Shown: positions 11,241 to 21,860 of the stretch, piece after piece
How positions within the stretch are numbered: position 1 is the stretch's first letter
Layout of the letters: each line of letters starts with the position of its first letter
DNA from: Macrostomum lignano
Taxonomy: Eukaryota
Length of the DNA stretch: 31,786 nucleotides
NCBI GenBank assembly: GCA_002269645.1
Contig: NIVC01000122.1
Location: 1 to 31,786 of the forward strand
Reading direction: 5' to 3'
Notes under the pieces: generated by a model
Told to the model about the DNA's origin: nothing
Database searches by the model: none
What the model saw: only the letters and a program-made list of their open reading frames with translations
Translations under genes and position numbers: made by a program

Positions 11241-13006
11241 TTTTTGTTTTTTGCATTTTTTAATTTGGCAAATTACCTTGGCTAGTGGCTATTTCACCTG
11301 TCCAGTTTGAACAAATTTATAGTTACTTTGGTGACAGTCACTTTGGTGACATCCATTTTGGTAACAAGTTAGGCCCACCTTAGTGACAATATAATGTGTA
11401 TATAATTTCATATTGAGGCTGAAATAAATACTCTAAATAAGTCTCTCATAATTTGATACCTTGTTTAAATAGGCCAGTTTCAAAAAGGAAGTCTTTATTT
11501 TGTTAAAGTAAGTTGTTTCCAAGAAATAGCACATATTTTCTTATTTTAAGATTTCTTTTCAAAGCAAAAGGACTTTTCAGAAACATGCCAATCACTTTTA
11601 CACTTTTTTATTTTGTCAAAAATAGAACTTTTCAAAAGCTTATACTTGTACTAATGTAAAATGAAAATTACAGGTTAGATTAAGGGTTAGATTTAATTTT
11701 CATGTTTATTTCTTAGAAACCCTTCACTTAAAAAAGTAGTTATGTCCCTTAAATATTTTTATCTTAACTTGACAGAACATTAGGACTAAAATAATTGCTA
11801 AAAAACTATTTTAACCTAAATTTCAAATTGATTTGTAAAATTGAAATAAAAAAGTAAAATAAAAAAAACTAGAATTTTCATTCCAGCGTATATGCCTGCC
11901 ATGATCCAGACTATAGGATATGCATTTATCACCAAAGTAACCTGTCATCATAATGGATGTCACTGAAGTAACTATCACTAAAGTAACCAGTTCCCATTTG
12001 GACAGGTCAGATGGGTATTGGGCATGTATGAACATAATGATCTCAAATTTCTCCTAATGCCAATAATGATATATTTATAAAACAAATTTTAATATACCTA
12101 TAAATAGGCCTATTGATTAAGTTGGATTAGATTAATTAGATTGAATAAAATTAACAAAATTTAAATGCCAATTATACCAAAAAAATAAATATAAAGAGCA
12201 ATTCAATACTGTCATATAACAATTTAATACTGACTCTATATAACACATTGACTCCAAAGTTGTATCAAAGTAGGCTTAGTTATTTATTTATTCACTTAGG
12301 TCCCCACCTTATAATATAGAGTACAGGGCTAAAATATCATTCAATTTGACTTGAATTTTGTATTTTACAAGGTTTATATCATTTTCTATTGTCTATAAAT
12401 ATAGATTTTAAAATAGGCCTGTATTCATCATTTTTCTTTACTTATAGATGAGCCTATGTTTTTAACAATTGAACTCATTATATTTTTTGCAAATTATAAT
12501 ACTAGGCCTAGTGTAAATTAAATTTAAGGCTAATATATATATATATATATATTAGGGGGATCTAGCCTTACTCTTAAATATAAACTTAAAACCTTATAAC
12601 TCTATAAGGCCCTAGGCCTTGCTACCATTCTGAGCAGTTTAGCTAAAACGTGTAATGAAGCTACAATAGGCCTACGAAATATAACTGATTTGTGGTTTGT
12701 CTTGATCTAATCAGGAGCATTCAAGCGAAGATCAGAATCATATTCACTGAACTCGACAAAGATGCAAACTACTCCCGGACCAGTTGCAGTGCATTTATAA
12801 AATCACGTTGCTGATTTATAAAAAATATTATTGTGCTTTCTGTAAACCTTCTGAAAGCTAGCGAAAACACAAAATGGAGTAGGATTGCATTAAATCAGTT
12901 AGATTGTTTAGCTGAGATAAACCACTTTTTATTAATCAGTGGCACTTTTGTTTAGATTTTTTGCACTTTCATCCGTTAAACTTGCGAAAGTCTATGTACC
13001 ACTAAC

Positions 13007-13545
13007 GAGGACGTCTTAAGTAGAACGACGGGAAACCTCGTTTCTTAGAAAAATTTAGAAGACAGGTTTTCCAAAAAATACACTACAGAAATAGGAAGTT
13101 TTCATTTCTTCAGCACAAAAATTGCTATTGCTTTTGATAGGATGCAGATCCAGTGTTCATCTTTTGATATGTTGTGCCTTTCTTATTGCTCCATCGATAT
13201 TCATTGAGCTTTTCGTTCAGAAAATTAGGATTCTATGTTAATTTTTTATTCTACGTACATTTCCACAAGTCTTGTGCCTAAAAACCATTGAAATGCACAA
13301 CTCGGCTCATTGCATGGTTTTATGAGTCTATTTTATCATTCTTAGCTGATTGTGTAACAAATACTTGTAACAGAGATGATTACAATAAAGGTGAACACAG
13401 GATCTGCCTCCTATCAAAAGCAATAGCCATTTTTGTACTGAAAAATGAAAACTTCCTATCTCCGTAGTGTATTTTTTCGGGAAAACCTGCCTTCTAAAAT
13501 TTTCTAAGAAACAAGGTTTCCCGTCCTTCTACTTAAGTCGTCCTT
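13007..13545. mobile_element. Fold-back MITE-like element with about 160-bp inverted arms
   Basis: 13007-13164 is the reverse complement of 13386-13545 with scattered mismatches (e.g. ttaagtagaa...gggaaacc...tttcttagaaaa). No TSD resolved. Confidence 0.8.
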
Positions 13546-14558
13546 GCTATGTACACCAAGGATTTTAAACATGCCGGAAGAAGTCACAAGTCAAAGCGGT
13601 TCCGAAAAAAGCTGCAGACAGCGGCTGTTCTTGACGTAGACCTAGCTGTAAGACATGCACCGGCAATGGGTTAAAAGACCGTGGGCTAAAAAACCGTGTA
13701 TCTCGTGTATAGAGATTGGCCTAACGAGTGGAACACGGTTGGCGGCTGAGAAAGCGGATCTCAAACGTAATAAAGCGAAACGTTTATTTATTTAGGCGAG
13801 TTTTTATTTATTGGTTCGTAAAGAAAACATAAAAATAGAAATGGAGGCAGAGACAAGACAAGGCCGTGCAGGGCTATAAGTGCCGGCGCGGCCGACACCC
13901 CATGCCACACCTCTACCCCCACCAGAGTACAGAGGCATGTACGTACAGCGACACCCCTTACTCATCAGAGATTAACGATTGCAATATGTACGAGTACATG
14001 TGATAGGTAACATCCCCGAGGAGTACTTGTAGACATATCATTAGCACTGTACATGTATATGTGTAGCACAAATAAAAAGTGCAATTATGCAACCCGCCCC
14101 TATAACTGAAAACATATGTCAATTACGCCCGGCTGGGAGCTTTTCCGCGCGCGTACCCTTGCCTGGTCTTCAGGCTCTATTTCTTATAAAGTCGATCTTT
14201 GCAGGCTCTGGAAAAAGTCTTCAGGGCCAGGCCCTGTCCCGGCCTTTGTCATCGAGTCAACGGCAAGCGCAGCAGCATCCTGACTGTTTGTCTCGGTCAT
14301 TGTGGACTTCCTGGTCACCGGCAGTTTGAAACTCTGGTTCGTTCGATCAAGTTTCGTCCCCTTCTATATGCGTTACAGCTTCACGATGAACAGCGCTGAT
14401 GCATTGTGTAACAATGGCCAAAACAGGTTATGGAATGATCATCAAATTATGGCCCACCCAATAAAGCCCACCCAGACGATCAACTGTCGGAGAGATAGGA
14501 AAGCCAGGAAAACGAAAGCAAAAACGAACATTCGCATTTTTTAGTGAACACTGGTGTC

Positions 14559-14728
14559 AACAGTGATGTGATGTGAACAGTGATGTGAACAGTGATGTGA
14601 ACAGTGATGTGAACAGTGATGTGAACAGTGATGTGAACAGTGATGTGAATAGTAATGCGAACAGTGATGTGAACGGTGATGCGAACAGTGATGCGAACAG
14701 TGATGTGAACAGTGATGTGAACAGTATG
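14559..14728. repeat. 12-bp tandem repeat (GTGAACAGTGAT), about 14 units
   Basis: Read directly; generates the spurious LFTS ORF. Confidence 0.95.
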
Positions 14729-16625
14729 TGATAGTAATTACATATCAACTGCTTGTTTTACTTGTAGAGTTTCATTTCTACATACATGCAAGGGTACATC
14801 TGTGAGCTATTAATTCGTGCATATATCATGTCGCTTTGACCCTAAATCTCTTTTTAAGACTTACTAAGCATTGTGAGGCAATGCAGACAAAATCTGCTGC
14901 GTGGCCAAATGCGCTGCAGGAAAAAGCATTGCGGGCAAACCTCGGTGGGAAAAGGCAATTCGTCTGCGGGCAAATCTCGTGGACTCAAATTTATCTTAAT
15001 TTAATATTATCAATACAAGAGTTAGAAATCCGAGCGCAATTTAGAGCGCCCCTGAACCCCATTCCATCATTTTCAGCCGGACCAGGAGAATATCAGCCAG
15101 AACTGCATCGGAGGGCAGGCCCGCGGTGAACAACCGATCGATGGCGGCTGCGGACCCCCCTGGCAACGGGCCGGCCAAGAGACAACTTGGACGAATTTAG
15201 AGAAGGCACGGATGTTTCGGAGATGAGAAGAAGAATTTACAGTTGACGGGGAGGTGTCTAAAAGTATTGTGAGGGACAGAGGCCTAGGATAGGGGAGGCC
15301 GCATCTAACTCAACCAATGCGTTAAAATCCCCACTCCGTGGCAGAGCTGACTTCCCTAGCAACTAGCTAGTTTATTGCTTTTGGGCTACACAGCTCTATC
15401 AGTATCAGGGGCAGCGTCTCCTCTCAAAACTTTGCGAATGCATACCGTTGACAGGCAATGCAGGAGAACACTCTGGGCCTTGGGGCAATAACACCGGTGA
15501 GCGCGGAATCAACTCTCTCCTGTTAAGCGGTCGGCCTATAGGCAAAATTAATAAAGCCCAGGTCCACTCCGCACCAGGGCTACCATGTAGGTGCGGCCTT
15601 AATGATGTGCTGGACAGGTTGAGGTAACGTTGCAGTTGCGTGCGGTAGACGTTACCATAGAAATATAAGGTACATTTATGGTACGCGCCTCTGAGAAGTA
15701 GGGTTAGGATAGAATGAGAAGAAGGGTAAGAAGTACGAGTAGGATAAGAACTAGTTACCAGCCAATGTGAGACCTCCATTTGAGACAACCACCTCCTTCT
15801 TAAGCGTGCCATTCAATTTGTCGGTTCTCTGTAGTCACAGCGGTAAACGAGAATAAAAACGCCGAATACACCTTTTACTGTTTTAAATACTGGGTCAAAC
15901 TGAAAGAGTCGTAACAGGTGTTTTTATATATTTGCAGGCGACACAGCAATAATGGCAACCCTAGTGTATCTGAACGGAACGATTCCACCATCATTTTATA
16001 CATGAAATGCACACTTTTCACAATTCAGCTCTTTCCTAGCACTTTTCGATTGAGAACTCGCTTAAAGCATCCGAGAAGAATCCCTTTAATCTTTGGCTGT
16101 AGCAGGCTTGAGTCCCGTCTCAACAGCGAGATTCTTCACAATCGACTGCTTGCAGTAGGGCCATCATTGTTTTTGTATATTCCACTTCTGCCCTTCACTT
16201 ATGCTATCAAATCATATTTTTAGCGATTAAAACTGGCATGTCAGCATCTATAACTGAACTCGTATAGATATGAGTATACAGCACAATTTAACTAAGAATG
16301 TCTTCAGTATACTGCAATAATGGCATTAAACGACCTGCCCTCAACCGACCTTAAAGAGCTATCAAAACATATTTTAGTGAATAAAATATATTTAATCCCC
16401 TTAGATTTACCATGGAAAGAATACCATGGAATAAAGCAATAGCTCACGACAAGTCATGCAAACAATGCTCTAAGAACCAATCTACTAGTTTTGAGTGCGA
16501 ACCTTGGCATGTACAGTACCTTGCGGGAAGAAGGGCTCAGCAAGTCAGAGAAATATCTACTTGGTTGGTCACCACAAACCAATAAAAATAGCAGTGGGAA
16601 GGAAGCCTTTATTATTTGGTCCTCC

Positions 16626-16639
16626 GTTTCCATGGTAAC
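16626..16639 (+). promoter_or_regulatory. X-box (RFX-binding)-like motif GTTTCCATGGTAAC upstream of lectin 1
   Basis: Matches the GTNNCC-AT-GGNAAC consensus, 110 nt before the ATG at 16750. Counterparts lie upstream of both paralogs. Confidence 0.6.
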
Positions 16640-16749
16640 GAAAAACGGATAAATGTTGTCTGATATACGCATGTGAGAAAACTGCAAAACACAATTCGTT
16701 CTCATCTGCAAGTCAATAGCTGCCTCAAACTTCTAACTTTAACCTAGCA

Positions 16750-19700
16750 ATGAGCCGGGTTCTCAGCTTCCTATCGGCAGTGCTCATGTCTTCTGCTCTG
16801 GTGAGCAGCGCGGCCAGATTCGAGCTCGGTGCCGCAATCAACCGAACTCTCCCAGTCGCGTTTGAAGTCGGGCACGTCACCCAGGCGCGTCACTGCTCTC
16901 AGCTGTGCTCACAAATAGCCGAGTGCTTCGGATTCTACTCGGTGCAGAACAAGGCGGGACCCTGCGGACTGTTCAACGCGACCGCCTTCTACTGGAAGAG
17001 CTCGTGGACAGCCGCCGGATCGGAGCAGCAGTTTGACGTCTTCGTGATTGATGTCGGTAAGTGTCGGCTCGTGCTCATCACTGACCTAAATGGATCTCAG
17101 CCCCTCAGTAGGGTATGCAATTGTCTTCAACGGGCACAGTACTTGAGTGCCCGGGTAGTAAACGCCAAGGATCTACGAGAATTGCCCACAGATGACATTT
17201 TTACGCTCGGAGAATCTTCCTTATTGTATTGACAGCATGCCGCACAGGTAACTTATAGAGTACATGTGGTTTGCATCCTTGCCTAGAGCAGACGGCTTTC
17301 TAACCAGCCTACACCGTCACTTCAAAGAAGTGAGGAGTTTGGAAGTGATTGGCAATTAATGTCGCATTTCAGAAGTTTGAAAAAACCTATAAAGCTGCTC
17401 CTATCGCGTCCGTGAAACGAAACAGATGCATTGGTAAGCTGAGCGGCTTTTTCAGGCAATCACTGAAGAGGTTGCTATGAAGCTCGGAGCGTATTATGAT
17501 TGAACTAGGCCTGTGAAACTACACGACGAAGTTTTCTGCACGTTATGTACGCATTCTGGATTTAGAGGGCGTGAGGGGCTCCACCAGATGATGAAGGACG
17601 CTATTGTCTTTTTCCGAGGAGGTTGGGACGGACTGCGTCGACTTGGTCATGTCAGGTAAAGAGAAGTAAACCAACGGTAACAACCTATGCACCGGAAAGC
17701 AGATTAAGATTGTATGCCTTTAGCTGCGGTGCGCCATTATTTAAGCTTGTTGTCTCGTCTCGTGAAGCAAAATTCTCTTTGGAGCAGTGGTAAAGTACAA
17801 CGCAAGTTCTAGGTAATATCACCTGAACGGCATGGCATGATGGCTCGGATTTCTAGGAGGTTGAATCCATCACGCAAGTAGACAAATCATTGCGTCTGTG
17901 CTAACACTGTTGTCACGAATCTATTGAACCGAGGTATTGCGATCGGCGACATCCAATGTATTGATGGTCATTAAAGACCCGAGTAGTCCTGAGGTACACA
18001 AAGTATATTTCGCCAACTAAGAAACGGCAATTGTCAAACGCTCTGACCATTGCTTCTCTCCAGAAAATTTCGACATCTCTTCTCTTTTTTCTCTTCATTA
18101 AAGTGCACGGTGAAAACCCAGAGTGTCCTTTCGTTACAGTTTGCACGGCAAGTTCGTCGGAATTTGGATTGGTGCATTCTGTCATCCAGAGAGGTGGCAA
18201 AACGCACAACAGGTTTTAGGGATTTTTAGACCACCCAGCAGATCGCTGCCATCAACTGGCCACTAACAGAAACTGGGTAATTTTTATGGATGGGCCTAAT
18301 TTTCACTGTAACTCCAAGAGTACTATCGGGACAGAAGCGAATTGGCTGAGGATGAGCAAGTTTCAGTAAAAGGAGTGACACTTGAGCAGTTGAGATTCAT
18401 GTTACTCGAGAGAGAGGCGTCACTGAACCTGTTGGCAGGGCAATCACTGCTAACAATTGTGCTGGCTAGAGATGCGCTGCAACCGATTGTTTGGATTGTG
18501 TTTGCAGCGACATCAGTTTAAAGAGTTGAAATTTTGTAAATTTTGAGGCTTTCAATTTTTGACTTGAAAATATAATTTATAATTTATAATTTTATGTAAA
18601 TAAAAGCTAAAGTCGTTTCTTCTCTACTGGCCAATGGTTCCATAACAGCATGATAAATTAAGTTGTCTAATGACTTACCTTCCAGAGTCAACTCAAACCA
18701 TGGAGTATTCAATATAGCTTTTTGCGATTGAATTCAGCCAAATTGTAAAACCTTTCAGCCAATGGAGATTTTGCCTTCACTTCAGCTGTTTCTACCATAG
18801 ACTATTTAGGACACACCGGTTAGCTGCGTGAGAAAAGCACTGACTGAAAGTCTTGGCTGAAGTCTAGGTTTTTCAGTTGGGCTGAAATAATTTACAGGAG
18901 CGGGAAAGCTAGCCGGTGTGTCCTAAATAGTCTATGGTAGAAGCCACCGAAGTGAAGGAAAAATCTTCATTGGCTGAAAGGTTTTGCAGTTTGGCTGAAT
19001 TCAATCGCAAAAAGCTATACTTGGGACGGGAAACTACAGACGCTAGAGGCCAGCTATTAATAACTTAATCCTCGAAAAAACATTACTTGGATAGTTTCTA
19101 CCTTGTAGTCAGTGATAGTTTGTGTCTGTGGTACATGTTGCATGCTACATTCGTGGTTAGCCTTATCTTAGGCTTGGCCATAGAAGAATGCTTTTAAACG
19201 AGCCTCAAACTTTGTTCACAATGAATTGCGAGTCTTCTGAGTGATTAAGTTGTCCTTCACTCCAACACTTGGCCATAAAACTCTATAAGCTAGGGTCTCG
19301 TTTTTCATGTCCACTGCTCCAAATAGCATGACAAAGGCATTATCTGTGGTCCTGTCCGCAAAATCCAGCAGGAAGCACAGATATATCTAGATGGACCACT
19401 TCAGCCGCCTGGCCGCAGCGCAAAAACCCCGGGGTAAAGACTATAAACTGCGCCGCTCCAGATATATTCTGGTTTAGAAGTTCAATGTTTTGCTTGGGTT
19501 TTGACCTTGCTGGCTAGGCATGAAATATGTAATCGGTGCAGTGCTCTAAAATGTATATGATGCCATTGTTTTACAGACGAGCAGAAGCTGAGCTTGACGA
19601 GCTGCACCCAGAGTTCCGTTGCTTTTGGCGGCGTCTGCACCAGAGCCATCGATAACAACACCAACCAAGCATGGAGCTCTGGCTCATGCACCCATACTGA

Positions 19701-19977
19701 AGGAGGAATCCCGAACCAGTGGTGGGAGGCCCAGCTTCTGCGGCAGTCCATTGTTTCTCACGTAGTCATCTACAACAGGCAGAACGCCTCACATCGGTTG
19801 AACAACTTTGAGCTGCTTGTGGACGGCGTCCAGTGCCGCAGTGTCAACGTGTCGGTGCCATTCTCTGTTGGCAACTTCACCTGCCAGATGGCCGGATCCA
19901 GCATTCGAGTCCAGAGTCGCCGTAGCGATGCTCTCACGCTGTGCGAGTTCGAGGCATACGGGAATTACCTTCCTTGA
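16750..19977 (+). CDS. Secreted PAN/Apple + F-type lectin (FTP / F5-F8 type C-like) protein, paralog 1. Exons 16750-17056 and 19577-19977; 235 aa
   Basis: Signal peptide MSRVLSFLSAVLMSSALVSSA; PAN core CSQLCSQIAECFGF...C. Phase-1 intron G|GTAAGT...TTACAG|AC. FTLD motifs RAIDNN, CTHT, NQWW, YNR, LTLCEFEAYG. Sugar motif altered to H-x27-RQNASHR. Confidence 0.88.
18713..19019. mobile_element. Palindromic MITE, 307 bp, with about 113-bp inverted arms, in the lectin 1 intron
   Basis: 18713-18825 is the near-perfect reverse complement of 18907-19019, with TA at both outer ends. Confidence 0.85.
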
Positions 19978-20612
19978 CTGGTTGAGTGATTCAGTGAGTG
20001 TGTTAATGAGCGCGAGTAAGTGACAAGGCAATGATCGATTACGATACGAATTCAGACTTTGAGCTAAACTTTAATTAAGTAATCAAACCTTTCTCTGAGC
20101 TGAACTAGTTGACATTCCGAGTAGGAAATTATTGATGTAAGTACTTTGTAATTCCACCATTTCGACAAATTGGAACTTTTTCTGAAAAATGTTTGATACA
20201 TTTTGTTTGCAACAAACCTTTTCTGTTTCCGAAGAATACACATTTCCAATCCGAATTGAAAAAGGATTTAGCTCCTAGCAAACGAGTTGCTGATATTGCC
20301 AATATTCCTATTTATCACAAATATCGCTTGTGCTTTTTATCCAGCACTGCACTTTCGATTTAGAAATCTTAAACAAATAGAAACATTTGTTTTCATCGAT
20401 GGCTTGACTGCAAATTTTTAAATACTTGCAATGATATTCCAGAATAGTTGCAGTCGTCCTGATCTCAAAATCTGCAAAGGTTCTACTCCCAGTAGCATGC
20501 ATGCAGTCCAGAAATAAGAAAAATTTTTTTGGAATGTCCCTCGACCCAGCTGAGCTGGCCGCTTATCAAGACGCGACTTAAAATGTGAAACCAGGAAAGC
20601 CAAATCTGGCCC

Positions 20613-21110
20613 TTCAGCCCGATTCTCTGGAACTTGGTCATGAACGAGTTGCTCAGCAGCCCGCTTCCGGATCCGGTTCAGGAAATCGGCTACACGTGGA
20701 CCATCACCCTCGGTTCTTGGACGCCTCATCCACCTTGCCGAACGCTGAGCACTCAGCTGCGGTCTCACGCTCCCTGTTCGAGTCTAAACCGTGGCTATCA
20801 TGCTCACCAGCTAATGATACTGCAGGATGGAACCGCTCTCCATCTGAGGCAAACCCGTTGACATAGAGAAACAAACCAGATGTCTGGGCGTCACCATTGA
20901 CCATTAGGTTGCGCTGGACCCCCACATGTCCAAACTAAGCCCGCAAAGCTTTCGTGACTCTAGTGCAGATCCACGGAGCTTTCGGTGCCACCTGGGGCCT
21001 CACCCCCTGATTTGATGGATTTACACTTGCCATTGTGAGACCAGCCATCTTCCCTGCCGTTTTTATTTGGAAAAGGGATTATTGAAACTCTTAACAAGGT
21101 GCAAGGCCGC
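20613..21110 (+). mobile_element. Degenerate non-LTR retrotransposon reverse-transcriptase fragment (R1/Loa-like)
   Basis: Frameshifted motifs FSPILWNLVMNELL..LPD.VQEIGY (decayed YADD), KQTRCLGVTIDH-RLRWTPH, FGATWGLTP, IVRPAI, LNKVQ. Confidence 0.75.
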
Positions 21111-21710
21111 ACTCGCTGAGCTCCAACGGGGTGTCAATAAAGTATAATCCAAGACACCTGACCATGAGTTAGGTGAGTGGCCACTTCGATCATAATTGTA
21201 ATATGCAAATACAGCAGGAAAATATACTGCAGCTATACATTTTACATTTTTCAGTTGTGACAGATGTGACAGCTGCATTACTAACGACTCTAATTATGCA
21301 ATACTAGCGAGAAAAAAACAGACAGCAGATGCATTTTAATTGCTCAAGCATATACTCTATCCTGGGAGAATAAAATATCTGATAGCCTACAATTCAGTAT
21401 ATAAATGCTCTGTAAAATGATGGAGTATTAACTGCTCCAATGAAAAAAATTATTGGTAGAGAGTGCAACCCCAACTCAAATTTTTAACGCAGATCAGCCT
21501 CAAGCGGAATTATATTGCTTTTAGCCACAAAATTTTAATGAGAAAATTCGTCGCAACACATGTACAATGTCAATACAACTCCGTGACCCATGTACAGTAC
21601 CTTGCGGGAAGAAGGGTTCAGCAAGTCAGAGAAATATCTACTTATTTATTCACCGCAAACCAATAGAAATAGCAGTGGGAAGGAAGCCTTTATTTTTTGC
21701 ATGGTCCTCA

Positions 21711-21724
21711 GTTTCCATGGTAGC
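21711..21724 (+). promoter_or_regulatory. X-box-like motif GTTTCCATGGTAGC upstream of lectin 2
   Basis: One mismatch to the lectin 1 motif, 136 nt before the ATG at 21861, within duplicated upstream sequence. Confidence 0.5.
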
Positions 21725-21860
21725 GAAAAGAGATTTGCGTACATCCCAAAGCGGATAAATGTTGTCTGATATACGCATGCGAGAAACTGAAAAAATAGAA
21801 TAATTCGCTGTGGCCTGCAAGTCAATAGCTCCGTTTCAAACTTCTAATTGTAACCTAGCA

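Larger units (their letters stand above)
10954..12030 (+). mobile_element. Non-autonomous hAT-type element (copy C, same TIR family as 1661-1934), 1077 bp
   Basis: TIRs CATACATGCCCAAC (10954-10967) and ATTGGGCATGTATG (12017-12030). Perfect 8-bp TSD AACATAAT (10946-10953 / 12031-12038). Subterminal GCGACTTA/GCAACTTA motif shared with copy B. Confidence 0.85.

Noticed and set aside
11094-11310. F/L/S-rich ORFs
   Set aside because: Translation of a CT-rich low-complexity tract.
13500-13572. Minus-strand MFKILGVHSKDDLSRRTG resembling the TYW3 N-terminal DLSRKG
   Set aside because: The matching part lies in a MITE arm, the motif is already present at 8955, and there is no compatible splice phase; coincidence.
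14184-14300. Minus-strand 38-aa ORF MTETNSQ...FFQSLQRSTL as candidate TYW3 exon 1
   Set aside because: Ends in a stop with no phase-2 GT donor.
15405-15812. 135-aa minus-strand ORF, partly open on the opposite strand
   Set aside because: No recognisable motifs or splice support.
17057-17232. C-terminal tails of the ORF-track lectin exon-1 ORFs (also 22168-22223 and 29234-29283)
   Set aside because: Intron read-through beyond clear GTAAGT donors.
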